From positions 1 through 55,207 of the IMG/VR virus record IMGVR_UViG_3300006080_000002: 55,207 nucleotides of DNA; one strand, written 5' to 3'. Below are positions 37,395 to 46,825 of the stretch, piece after piece (the first letter of the stretch is position 1; every line of letters begins with the position of its first letter). Position numbers and translations under genes: made by a program. Origin of the DNA: a virus. Lineage: Duplodnaviria; Caudoviricetes. The notes under the pieces were generated by a model. It saw only the letters and a program-made list of their open reading frames with translations. It was not told the DNA's origin and did no database searches.

Positions 37395-37651
37395 GAGCCC
37401 TCACCCTCCATGCTTACAATACTGAAGAACTTTTCAATGTCTTCGTTATCAATCAAATGTGACTCGCAGATGTCGCTTTTAAATTCGTATACAGCGAAAT
37501 TTTCCTCACGGCTGATAACTGCGTGAATCGTATAAAAGCGGCCTGTTGTAAGCCACTTGTCAGCAATAACTGAACCTTCCATATAGAAGTCGGCGTTGGC
37601 TAACAGCACCTGCCCGGCGCTAAGTTCAAGAGGGTTAATTGAATCAGTCAT
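37391..37651 (-). CDS. Hypothetical acidic protein
   Basis: ATGA-coupled on both sides. Confidence 0.6.
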   Translation of the reverse strand: MTDSINPLELSAGQVLLANADFYMEGSVIADKWLTTGRFYTIHAVISREENFAVYEFKSDICESHLIDNEDIEKFFSIVSMEGEGS

Positions 37652-38133
37652 AGTTCGGTTGCCCAGTTTGATGGTAGTTTAGCTGCGGTTATGGCCGCAG
37701 CTCGTTGTTCATGTGTTAAGCCCGGCATAATATGCCTGAAGAAGAACGGGTTAGCAAGTTGCGCAATATGGCCAGCCATAGTCCGGAAGTTGTCAGTAGT
37801 CATTGCACCCCGTGCCATCTGGAACGTTACGTTGTACTGTACACCGGGGCAAACGTCCACACTTACTTGAACATGAATACACTTTTGGTATGTGCAACCG
37901 GGCTCATTAATCGATGGCTCGTCCTGTGTGCAGTAATAGTCAACAAATATGGCATTTGCCAGCACTACATTACCGCACCAGAATGAACCACGGGACAGGG
38001 CGTGCTTTTGGCTGTACCTGCGCCCATCATGAATGGTTAGCCCATAGCCTTCCATATAATGTTCAACCGCTGCAACAACATCCGCAGCGGTTGGAACAAC
38101 CTGTTGAACAGTACCTGCATTATTAAAGGCCAT
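37648..38133 (-). CDS. Hypothetical protein
   Basis: GGGGA RBS before ATG 38133. Confidence 0.65.
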   Translation of the reverse strand: MAFNNAGTVQQVVPTAADVVAAVEHYMEGYGLTIHDGRRYSQKHALSRGSFWCGNVVLANAIFVDYYCTQDEPSINEPGCTYQKCIHVQVSVDVCPGVQYNVTFQMARGAMTTDNFRTMAGHIAQLANPFFFRHIMPGLTHEQRAAAITAAKLPSNWATEL

Positions 38134-38239
38134 TACACATCCCCCACAAGCATTCAACTGGGAGGGTTTGACTAACCACAAGCGAGGCCAAAGCAACCAG
38201 CGCTCCGATCACGTAATGTTTTTGTTTTACCTTGCGCAT
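38123..38239 (-). CDS. 38-aa small membrane protein, first leftward early gene
   Basis: AAGGA RBS; MRKVKQKHYVIGALVALASLVVSQTLPVECLWGMCNGL; below the ORF-track cutoff. Confidence 0.6.
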   Translation of the reverse strand: MRKVKQKHYVIGALVALASLVVSQTLPVECLWGMCNGL

Positions 38240-38272
38240 TTGTGAATTCCTTTGTTGTTTGTTGATATTCAG

Positions 38273-38300
38273 ATTATAGCAGCTTTTGCAGGCGTTGCAA
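38273..38300 (-). promoter_or_regulatory. Main leftward early promoter
   Basis: TTGCAA-16 nt-TATAAT. Confidence 0.75.
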
Positions 38301-38339
38301 TACCCCTAGTGCAAGTTGCAAGAAAGTCGCTTGATTACT

Positions 38340-38880
38340 GTACGTTTTTTAACCAAAAGTTATTAACATTCAAGGTTAATAAATGTTAATAAAATGTTAA
38401 TTTTGTACAAAAAATGCACAGCTTTTAAATTGGCAAAAGTGAGGGGGTTGGTTGAATAAATTTTATTTGTCGGTGACGATTTTGGCAAAGCTAAAAACGG
38501 GGCTTTTTTATTAACCAAAAAACCAACTTATAACATTAAAATAACCAGTATGGTTAATCGCTGTAAGCCCCGTAAATACTGGGTTAAATAATAATATATA
38601 TATAAAAATTAACATTATTAACCTAGTAAGGGGGGTAAAACGTATATTTATAGGAACCCATCAAAATTCAAAATGCACACCTTTTAGAACCACCCCCTAA
38701 AAATACCCCCTAACACCCCGACGGCCCAAAAATGTTAAAAATGTTAAAAACTGGTTATTTCATACACCAGCGTTTTACAAATGTTAATTTTTGGGTTAAT
38801 TTTTGCCAGCGGTTAATAGTAACCCTAACTTTTAACATTTTTAAAAACACACCCCCTTATTAACATTTGCAAAAGGTAAA
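38340..38880. other. AT-rich non-coding divergence region with AATGTTAA/TTAACATT repeats (candidate origin or genome-end region)
   Basis: No ORF; about 9 copies of the 8-mer in both orientations; central TA run. Confidence 0.55.
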
Positions 38881-38884
38881 ACCC

Positions 38885-40024
38885 ATGCAAACACCAGCAA
38901 ACCCAACCAATAACGAACTGCCCGGCCAAGGGCAACCAATGGAACAAGCGGCACAGCCAACTGTGCAGCCCGCCAGCCCGGCCCCAGCGGCTAACCCTGT
39001 GCAACCCCCTGCCCAACCCGTACAAACGGCCCCAGCGCACGCACAGGCCGTACAACCACACATCGCAGCGGCCACGGTGCATGACTTAGTGGAGGAGGTT
39101 GGCGGCATTATGCACCTGTGCCTAAAAGCGGCTGCACCGGGCCAACAGGAAACGCGATACGCTTGGCTGCCCTCTATGGTGTCCAATGTGGTTAAAAGCT
39201 ATTCATTCAGTAACCCTTGGCCACATTGCCATCCACAGGTTCCGGACGACGTAAACAACCCGTTCAACTTCGCGCTTAGTAACGAGCCGGGGTTGCCTCT
39301 GTGCCTGGAGCTGTCCCCGCAGTTCAAAGGCATTGTTGGCGAAGCCCGTTACCGTGATGACAGCTTTATCATGGAACCACTGGAAGGCGATTCAATGCGT
39401 CTGCCCCATGTGCCGCTGCCGCACGAATACCACGAGCTGCTTTTCGGGCCGGGCAAACCTGATTACACTGACAGGGAAAAGACCGCACTGATTAATCATT
39501 TTATCCCTTTAATCGGTATGGCATCATGCCCGTACAATATGCTTGGCGGCATGGTGTTGGTGGATACGGAAGCTGTGCTTTTAAACTGCTATCGCTTTTA
39601 CCTCAAAATGCACGCTGAGCGGCAAGCACGGGCAGACGCTGTTTACACTCCGGAAGTGCTGGCCAGCGACGCACCAGTTAAGGCCGCCATTGAACGGCGC
39701 CGTGAACTGCAACGCCAGCGCCGGGAAGCTCGTGAAGCGCGTGCGGCGGAACGTAAAGCTGAGCGTGAGGCCAAGCGGGCGGAACGTGAGGCGAAAGCGG
39801 CTAACCGGAAAGTCAGTGCCGAGGCGTATCAGGAATGGCTTGCCAAATGCACGGCTAAGCGTGAGCGTATTGAAGACATCCGCGCACAAATTGAGCAGGC
39901 CCGTATCACACGCGATGAGGAAATTGAAGCTCTGCAGGATGAATGGCGTAAAGCCATTGGTTTGTTGGAGCAGGAGTTGCGTGATGTTAAGGGTGAGCCG
40001 GTTGGTACAGTGCCCGGCAACTAA
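38885..40024 (+). CDS. Hypothetical protein, Q/P-rich N-terminus and charged coiled-coil C-terminus
   Basis: First rightward gene; AAGG RBS. Confidence 0.75.
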   Translation: MQTPANPTNNELPGQGQPMEQAAQPTVQPASPAPAANPVQPPAQPVQTAPAHAQAVQPHIAAATVHDLVEEVGGIMHLCLKAAAPGQQETRYAWLPSMVSNVVKSYSFSNPWPHCHPQVPDDVNNPFNFALSNEPGLPLCLELSPQFKGIVGEARYRDDSFIMEPLEGDSMRLPHVPLPHEYHELLFGPGKPDYTDREKTALINHFIPLIGMASCPYNMLGGMVLVDTEAVLLNCYRFYLKMHAERQARADAVYTPEVLASDAPVKAAIERRRELQRQRREAREARAAERKAEREAKRAEREAKAANRKVSAEAYQEWLAKCTAKRERIEDIRAQIEQARITRDEEIEALQDEWRKAIGLLEQELRDVKGEPVGTVPGN

Positions 40025-40027
40025 CCG

Positions 40028-40056
40028 TTGCGATTTTACAACAGGGCGGGTATAGT
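40028..40056 (+). promoter_or_regulatory. Promoter for the HTH-primase operon
   Basis: TTGCGA-17 nt-TATAGT. Confidence 0.6.
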
Positions 40057-40089
40057 TACCGGCCCTGCTAATATTTACGGAGTCAACAA

Positions 40090-40332
40090 ATGTCTGAACA
40101 CGAAACAACCCCGCAAGAACGCTTTGACGCGCTGTATATCACCAGTAACGAAATCCAGGAACGTATGGGCGTTGTACGCTCAAGCATCCTGCACGCTCGC
40201 CAGCGGGGTATGCTTCCTGACCCTATTATGGTTCGCGGTGTCAACACTTTTATTTGGGAACGTGACGGTATCGAAGAGTACCTCAAAAGCTGGGAACTTT
40301 CGCTAAAGTCTCGTCGCGGTGAACTGAACTAA
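40090..40332 (+). CDS. AlpA/excisionase-like wHTH DNA-binding protein
   Basis: EIQERMGVVRSSILHARQRGMLPDPI...W. Confidence 0.65.
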   Translation: MSEHETTPQERFDALYITSNEIQERMGVVRSSILHARQRGMLPDPIMVRGVNTFIWERDGIEEYLKSWELSLKSRRGELN

Positions 40333-40343
40333 GGGGAAGCGCA

Positions 40344-42758
40344 GTGAGAGACGTTTTATGGGAACGTCTGCCGCTGGAAATGAGGGAACGTAACCAATGG
40401 TGCGTTGCAGGCCCGGACAAAGCCCCTCAGATTTTAGGTAACTCAGGTTTACACAATGCCAGCCCGGTTAAAGGCCCGTGGATGAGCTTTGAGAAAGCCT
40501 GCCAAGTTGCGCGGCAGTACGACGCTGAAATCGGATATGTTTTAACAACAGAAGACGGCATTACGTGCATTGACTTGGATGTTAAGGATTCGACGTCTAA
40601 GAAGCCCAACGGCGAACCTGTGCCGCCAAAAGATTGGACAACAGTAGAAGAGTTGGCGCAGTACCGTGAATGGATACAGTTTTTTGGTAGTTATGCTGAG
40701 CGCAGCGTTTCCGGACGCGGGGTTCACATTTTAGTTAAAGGCGACATTGGGGCTGGTGTTCGACGCGGTGGCGTTGAGCTGTACAGCACAGAGCGCTTTA
40801 TCGTTTGTACTGGCGACACGGTTTCGGACGTGCTTTATAGCGTGCGTGACAATGTGGTTAGGTGCGAACCATTGCACACTGACCCATTCCACCTCGCTGA
40901 TTGCAATGACCAAATCAATATCATGGCTTTTGCATACCGCAGCAGCCAAGGTGTGCAAGGCTCCCGAAGCGACTATGAACTGGTGGAACTTGAGCCGGTT
41001 GAAAGTGATGAAACCATCATGCAGCGTGCCCGGGAAGCGGCCAACAACAGCAAGTTCAGCCAACTGTATGACGGCGACTGGAGCGGCTATAAAAGCCAAT
41101 CCGAAGCGGATTTGTCGCTTATGTCAATGTTCACGTTTTACAGTAAAAGTAACGAGCAATGCCGCAGGCTGTTCCGTTCGTCTGGTCTGGGCAAGCGTGA
41201 AAAGGCTGTTTGTGATAACCGCTATATCGATTTAACGCTGAAGCTTGTGCGCCAGCGCCAGGATCGTGAAGCAGAACGGGCAAAGCAATCCGCTGAGCAG
41301 GCAAAAGAACTTGTCAGCCAGTTGGTTTCCAAAATGAACAGCGAAGCAAGTGCTGCCATTTCTGGCGAAGTGCTGAGCACTGACCGGTCATTACCACAAA
41401 GTGCGTCAGACCTTGGCGACGGCCTGGACTGGCCGCCCGGCGTAGCTGGTGCTATTGCTAAGTTCATTTATCGCAGCGCACCGCGCCCTGCCAAGGAAGT
41501 TGGTATCGTTGCTGCACTGGGTTTGCTGGCCGGTATATGCGGCCGGTCATTCCACATTCCACAGTCGGGCTTAAACCTGTATATCATTCTTGTTGCGCGT
41601 TCCGGCGTAGGCAAGGAAGCGATGCACACAGGTATCAGCTTAATCGTGAATAAGGTAATGGACGGCTGCCCTGTATTTAACAGCTTTATTGACTTTGACG
41701 ATTTTGCATCCGGTCAGTCCTTAACGCGGGTAATTTCCGAAAAGCCTTCCTTTGTAAACGTTGGTAGTGAGTGGGGGCGCAAACTGAAGCGCTTAGCACA
41801 TGACGACGGTAAAGGCGAAGGCCCAATGCAAAGCCTGCGCACAACAATGACAGCGCTATATCAAAAGTCAGGCCCATCATCCATCGTTGGTGGTATTAGC
41901 TATTCGAAAGCGGATAAAAACGTTGCCTCCATTAGTAGTGCCGCTTATAGCATGATTGGCGAAACAACGCCGAGCACGTTTTTTGAGTCCTTAACCGACA
42001 GTATGATGGAAGACGGGTTTTTAAGCCGCTTCTTGATTATTGAATATAACGGTAACAGGCCACCATTAAACGAAACGCCGGTATTGGAGCCGGAACCTGC
42101 CCTTGTAAAAGCGTTGCAGAATATGGCGTTTGTTTCTTCAAAATTAAACGCAATGAATAACAGTAAGCTCGTAGCGTTTGACCCGGACGCTATGGCCCAG
42201 CTAAAGGCATTCGACAAGCGCTGTGATGATGAGATTAACAGCAGCGACGATGAAAGCTGGCGGCAAATGTGGAACCGGGCACACCTGAAGGCGTACCGGA
42301 TAGCTGCGTTGCTTGCGGCTGCGGACAACCCGGAAAAGCCCTGTGCTACTACAGCCCATACGGAATGGGCCTTGATGGTTGTGCAGCGCGATATCAAGCT
42401 TATGACGGCCAGGATGCAAAGCGGGGAAATTGGGCAAGGGACGGACGATAAGCGGGTTCTTAAAATTCTGGAAATTGCAAGCGAAGTATTTAAAAACGGG
42501 TATTCAAAAGGATATAACTTACCCGCGGAATTTGCGCCGAACGGTATATTGGCCAGGAGCTTTTTACAAGTGCGGATATCCCGGATTAAAATGTTTAAGG
42601 AACACCGGGTTGGCACCGGGGCTGCTTTGGATAGCACATTACGATTAATGATTGAAAACGGTTATATTGAAGAAATAAACCGGGATACATTAATCGCGGA
42701 ATATGGCCGGAACTATGGTAAATGTTATCGGGTTATCAACTGGCCGAGCACGTATTAA
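40344..42758 (+). CDS. Primase-polymerase (NrS-1-like) fused to a helicase-like ATPase
   Basis: CIDLD, ERSVSGRGVH, SQSEADLSL; P-loop ARSGVGKE; DGFLSRF. Confidence 0.85.
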   Translation: MRDVLWERLPLEMRERNQWCVAGPDKAPQILGNSGLHNASPVKGPWMSFEKACQVARQYDAEIGYVLTTEDGITCIDLDVKDSTSKKPNGEPVPPKDWTTVEELAQYREWIQFFGSYAERSVSGRGVHILVKGDIGAGVRRGGVELYSTERFIVCTGDTVSDVLYSVRDNVVRCEPLHTDPFHLADCNDQINIMAFAYRSSQGVQGSRSDYELVELEPVESDETIMQRAREAANNSKFSQLYDGDWSGYKSQSEADLSLMSMFTFYSKSNEQCRRLFRSSGLGKREKAVCDNRYIDLTLKLVRQRQDREAERAKQSAEQAKELVSQLVSKMNSEASAAISGEVLSTDRSLPQSASDLGDGLDWPPGVAGAIAKFIYRSAPRPAKEVGIVAALGLLAGICGRSFHIPQSGLNLYIILVARSGVGKEAMHTGISLIVNKVMDGCPVFNSFIDFDDFASGQSLTRVISEKPSFVNVGSEWGRKLKRLAHDDGKGEGPMQSLRTTMTALYQKSGPSSIVGGISYSKADKNVASISSAAYSMIGETTPSTFFESLTDSMMEDGFLSRFLIIEYNGNRPPLNETPVLEPEPALVKALQNMAFVSSKLNAMNNSKLVAFDPDAMAQLKAFDKRCDDEINSSDDESWRQMWNRAHLKAYRIAALLAAADNPEKPCATTAHTEWALMVVQRDIKLMTARMQSGEIGQGTDDKRVLKILEIASEVFKNGYSKGYNLPAEFAPNGILARSFLQVRISRIKMFKEHRVGTGAALDSTLRLMIENGYIEEINRDTLIAEYGRNYGKCYRVINWPSTY

Positions 42759-42773
42759 ATAAGCGTTTTTATA

Positions 42774-42802
42774 TTGCAACAACCAATTGGGCGTTGTAAT
42801 AT
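42774..42802 (+). promoter_or_regulatory. Sigma70-type promoter
   Basis: TTGCAA-17 nt-TAATAT. Confidence 0.7.
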
Positions 42803-42837
42803 AACCACACCTACCACAACCAACAGGAGGGCCACTT

Positions 42838-43290
42838 ATGGCCGAGTTAAACCATAACGCTGATGTAATCACTGTAGAAGAATTGTCCTACTGGGAGAAG
42901 TTGGCGCGTCAGCTTTCGCAAATTAAAACGGAAGAGATTACGCTCCGCAAGCGTATCTTTGAAGTTATGTTCCCGGATGCTGGCGAAGGAACCAACACCC
43001 ACCCTCTGGCCAATGATTACGTGCTGAAAGCAAGCTACCCTTTCACACGTGATATTGACGAAGGTGCATTGGCTGCTATGCAGGATGAACTGAAAGCTGC
43101 CAACGTGCCAATGGACACCCTTGTCAAGTACAAGCCAACCCTGTCGAAAAGCACTTATAACAAACTGACCGAAGAACAGCGCAAGCTTGTTGACCAGTTT
43201 ATTATTTGCCGCCCCGGCAGCCCGGCGCTGGAAATTTCGCTGCCAAAGCGTAAGCCGAACTTTACTTCAACCGGGCATCTGGCCCTGTAA
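42838..43290 (+). CDS. Hypothetical replication-module protein
   Basis: AGGAGG RBS; 150 aa. Confidence 0.75.
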   Translation: MAELNHNADVITVEELSYWEKLARQLSQIKTEEITLRKRIFEVMFPDAGEGTNTHPLANDYVLKASYPFTRDIDEGALAAMQDELKAANVPMDTLVKYKPTLSKSTYNKLTEEQRKLVDQFIICRPGSPALEISLPKRKPNFTSTGHLAL

Positions 43291-44867
43291 TGCTGGTCAC
43301 GGTAATGGCCGACGCTTCGTTCTGCGACCGCCTACAGGTGGCAGGATATGGTTATTATGTGGTCAGCGACCGCAAGAAAACCAAGGGCGGCGGCTTTATA
43401 AAAGAACCTGTGTTGACGTCGGTTACCGCTGAATTTATGGCTGTTGCTATGGCAGTGACCAAGGGTATTAACTGCGGTGTAATTGACTACGGTGACGCCT
43501 TAATAATCCAGACGGATTGTACAAGCGTTATTCAAGCATTTAACGGCAAACGAAAGTACCTTAATACACAGGAACGCGAGGCGCTGGAATATCTGGTTGC
43601 CTTGCGTGTTCAACACTGTTTAACTTACACGCTTCGGCATGTAAAAGGTCACACAAACAGACCGGAGCCTAGATATGCCGCTAATAGGTTCTGCGATGAT
43701 AAAGCAAGTAAATATCTGGCAGTAGCCAGAAAGAAAGCGCGGATTAACAAGATTAAAAAGCAACTGGACAAACCCGAGGTAAAAACTATGAGCACCGGAA
43801 CACAAACCACCGAACAACAGTACGTTGCGCAACCTTGGGCGCCCCAAGGCCCACAGGCAGGCCAAGCGCCCGGCTATACGCAGCAACCGCTCCCGCAATC
43901 TGTGCAACCGCAGGCAATGCCGTACGAACAGGCGCCTATGCAACAGGCGCCTATGCAACAGGCGCCTATGCAGCAAACACCAGCTCAACAGGCACCAGCC
44001 GAACAGCCATCAGCACAGCGACGTCACCTTGTACCTGAACAGCAAAAGGTGCGTGATGAAATGTCGCAGGTTGTTCGTATCTTTGCAGCAAGCAACGGCC
44101 AAATCCGCCCGCACTGCATTGTAACCGGCCCATCCGGCAGCGGTAAGTCTCACTTGATTAAAACGCTGGCTGAAGACCACAACCTGCACTTTATCGAAGT
44201 TAACGCAGCCCAGCTGACCAAAGAAGGCACCAGCGGCAACAGCCTGAGCAAATCTCTGGCCCGGTTAACGAACACTGCCGGTCAGCCAACAATTTGTTTT
44301 GTTGACGAATTCGACAAGCTGTTTATTTCTGGTAACAGCAACAGCAGCTTGGCTCACGAAGTTACAAACGGCGTGCAAAACGAATTTCTGAAAGTTCTGG
44401 AAAGTGAAACCACAGAGGTTTTTGGTGATTATGGTAAATATCACAGCATCCCGATTTCCAATGTGCTGTTTATTTTTGCTGGGGCATTCAACGGTGAAGA
44501 AAACTTAACACTGGATCGCCTGCGTGAATTTGGTATTAAAACGGAATTCCTTGGCCGGGCCGGGTTAATTTACAACCTGGAAAAACTGTCCATTAATTCG
44601 ATGGCTGTTGTTCTGCAAAACAGCTCACTGTTGAAGAAATATATGGCGCTGTATGATAACGTCAGCCTGGAAACGGTTATCAACGATATCATGACGGTCG
44701 TTGCCAGCGTACACGATAAGAATACGCTTGGCATTCGTTTACTGGATAATCTTATTAACCAGTATTTCATCAAAGGCGGCCGTTTAAGTGTGGACACTGT
44801 ACGCCAAACAAGCTTCCAAACGAAGCTGTCATTCACTGTTAACGGTTCGGAGGTGGCACATGGTTGA
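43290..44867 (+). CDS. RNase H domain fused through a Q/P linker to a ClpX/HslU-like AAA+ ATPase
   Basis: ADAS, AE, QTDC, HVKGH, N..CD (RNase HI); GPSGSGKS, FVDEFDK, VQNEFLKVLE, FIFAGAF, EFLGR (ClpX-like). Confidence 0.85.
   Translation: MLVTVMADASFCDRLQVAGYGYYVVSDRKKTKGGGFIKEPVLTSVTAEFMAVAMAVTKGINCGVIDYGDALIIQTDCTSVIQAFNGKRKYLNTQEREALEYLVALRVQHCLTYTLRHVKGHTNRPEPRYAANRFCDDKASKYLAVARKKARINKIKKQLDKPEVKTMSTGTQTTEQQYVAQPWAPQGPQAGQAPGYTQQPLPQSVQPQAMPYEQAPMQQAPMQQAPMQQTPAQQAPAEQPSAQRRHLVPEQQKVRDEMSQVVRIFAASNGQIRPHCIVTGPSGSGKSHLIKTLAEDHNLHFIEVNAAQLTKEGTSGNSLSKSLARLTNTAGQPTICFVDEFDKLFISGNSNSSLAHEVTNGVQNEFLKVLESETTEVFGDYGKYHSIPISNVLFIFAGAFNGEENLTLDRLREFGIKTEFLGRAGLIYNLEKLSINSMAVVLQNSSLLKKYMALYDNVSLETVINDIMTVVASVHDKNTLGIRLLDNLINQYFIKGGRLSVDTVRQTSFQTKLSFTVNGSEVAHG
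43927..43971. repeat. 15-bp tandem repeat x3 (QQAPM)
   Basis: AACAGGCGCCTATGC three times. Confidence 0.9.
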
Positions 44868-45807
44868 GTTAAAGCGCCCGATGTTGGCTGAAGCTGCCGA
44901 AGACGATAAGCTGAAATTCCCGCTGTTGGCTTCACCAAAGATTGATGGCGTGCGTGCAACTGTACAGACTGGACGCTTTATTTCGCGCAGTAACAAGCCA
45001 ATCCCGAATGACCACATACAGCGAACTTTGGCCGCTTATGGTGTCGGAGAAAACAACGTCTTTGACGGCTACGACGGTGAATTGGTTTTAGGCGACCCAA
45101 CCGATCCGGATGTGTATAACCGCAGCCAGTCGAACATTATGAGCCATAAGCGTGAATTTGATTTCACCTTTTACGTGTTCGATTTAATTCCGGTTCGCCC
45201 CGGTGTAGATGGCGGCAAAACTTGGCAGCGACAAGAAACGCTGAATATGCACTCAACGTCGCTTACCTTTGCCGGGCGTTTCCCGGACTGGATTAAGGTT
45301 GTCAAGCAAACGCTTATCCACAATAAAGCTGAGCTGGACGCCTATGAAGAAGAGATGCTGAATGAGGGGTTCGAGGGTGTTATTGTTCGCCGTCTGGACG
45401 CCCCGTATAAGCACGGGCGCAGCACTGTGAATCAGGGTTATATGCTCAAAATTAAACGCTTTGTTGACAGTGAAATTAAAATCACCGGCTTTGAGGAGCT
45501 GGAACACAATGTTAACGAAGCGTTTAAAAACGAGCTCGGGCAAACATCCCGGAGTAGCGCAAAGGCTGGTAAAGTTGGCGGCGACACGCTTGGGGCACTG
45601 GTTGGCGTAGATATCAGTAACCTGCCGGGTACAACGGTTCGCCTTGGTACTGGGTTCACTGCTGAAATGCGGCAGTATATCTGGGATAACCGCCAAGCGC
45701 TTCTTGGTGCTGTGGTCACATACAAATACTTCCCGAAAGGTATGGTTGACGGCCCACGGCACCCGGTGTTCAAAGGTTTTCGAGATCCGGCCGATATGGG
45801 GGAATAG
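44860..45807 (+). CDS. ATP-dependent DNA ligase
   Basis: SPKIDGVR, DGEL, FDL, EGVIVR, LKIK, RHPVF. Confidence 0.93.
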   Translation: MVELKRPMLAEAAEDDKLKFPLLASPKIDGVRATVQTGRFISRSNKPIPNDHIQRTLAAYGVGENNVFDGYDGELVLGDPTDPDVYNRSQSNIMSHKREFDFTFYVFDLIPVRPGVDGGKTWQRQETLNMHSTSLTFAGRFPDWIKVVKQTLIHNKAELDAYEEEMLNEGFEGVIVRRLDAPYKHGRSTVNQGYMLKIKRFVDSEIKITGFEELEHNVNEAFKNELGQTSRSSAKAGKVGGDTLGALVGVDISNLPGTTVRLGTGFTAEMRQYIWDNRQALLGAVVTYKYFPKGMVDGPRHPVFKGFRDPADMGE

Positions 45808-45809
45808 TT

Positions 45810-46034
45810 ATGGAACAAAAGCATGTAAACCGTGTTTATCTTGGTGGCCCGTTCAGCGGATTTCCTGCGGCCACCAGCACACCCGGAACATTGACGTTCA
45901 CAGTTGAATCAAAAGTTGTTAACCCGCGCTGGAATCACAAGAACCACCAGCCAAAATTTATCCGTAAAAAGTTTCACGGATATTACGATAACCAGAACTA
46001 TTGGGTGGATGGCCCAAAAACAGCCGTCACTTAA
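45810..46034 (+). CDS. Hypothetical protein
   Basis: GGGGA RBS; packed after the ligase. Confidence 0.6.
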   Translation: MEQKHVNRVYLGGPFSGFPAATSTPGTLTFTVESKVVNPRWNHKNHQPKFIRKKFHGYYDNQNYWVDGPKTAVT

Positions 46035-46063
46035 CTGTTTTAAATGCGCAACGGCCCCGGCTG

Positions 46064-46072
46064 TGTTATAAT
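46064..46072 (+). promoter_or_regulatory. Extended -10 promoter
   Basis: TGTTATAAT upstream of sak4. Confidence 0.55.
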
Positions 46073-46098
46073 GGCCGGGTTAACTAAAAGGGGGTAGT

Positions 46099-46824
46099 AT
46101 GGCATTAAATTGGTCGACAACAGAACTAGCCACCGAGAACAACGGTGTCAAAGCTCTAATTTACGGCCCGGCGGGTATGGGTAAAACCATGTTATCAGCA
46201 ACCGCGCCTTCGCCATTGTTGATAAGTGCCGAAGCTGGTACGCTTTCGCTGAAGCGCAAAAACATTGAACGGGTATATGGCCCAACAGGTTTACCCTATA
46301 CGGTAGATTATCCTGTTCTGGTTGTTAAAACACTTCAGGATCTTGCTGACATCTACTATTGGTGCGCAGGGAGCCACGAAGCAAAAAATTTCCAGACTAT
46401 TTGTCTGGACTCGTTGAGCGAAATTGCCGAGCAAATTCTGGCAAACGCTAAACCGCAAGTAAAAGACCCGCGCCAAGCATACGCGGCAATGATGGATCAA
46501 ATGGGAACTTTTGTCCGTTCTTACCGTGATTTACCGGGTTTTAACGTGTATATGAGTGCCAAGATGGAACCACACAAGGATGAGATGAGCGGGATTACTA
46601 AATACCTGCCGTCCATGCCGGGTCAAAAGTTAGGGCCGCAATTACCCTATTTCTTTGACGAAGTGTTCCGTCTTGGTGTTGGCAAAACTCCAGACGGGCA
46701 GGATTACCGCTTTTTGCAGACCCAGCCCTGTATGCAGTACGAAGCCAAAGATCGTTCAGGTTCTTTGGCCGAAATTGAATACCCACACCTGACATCAATC
46801 TTTAACAAAATCAACGGAGCATAA
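46099..46824 (+). CDS. Sak4-like ATPase recombinase
   Basis: YGPAGMGKT, LDSLSE, AKDRSG; adjacent to SSB and exonuclease. Confidence 0.85.
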   Translation: MALNWSTTELATENNGVKALIYGPAGMGKTMLSATAPSPLLISAEAGTLSLKRKNIERVYGPTGLPYTVDYPVLVVKTLQDLADIYYWCAGSHEAKNFQTICLDSLSEIAEQILANAKPQVKDPRQAYAAMMDQMGTFVRSYRDLPGFNVYMSAKMEPHKDEMSGITKYLPSMPGQKLGPQLPYFFDEVFRLGVGKTPDGQDYRFLQTQPCMQYEAKDRSGSLAEIEYPHLTSIFNKINGA

Positions 46825-46825
46825 C

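Noticed and set aside
40090-40332. Excisionase implying a temperate lifestyle
   Set aside because: No integrase, repressor/Cro pair or partition genes are recognisable
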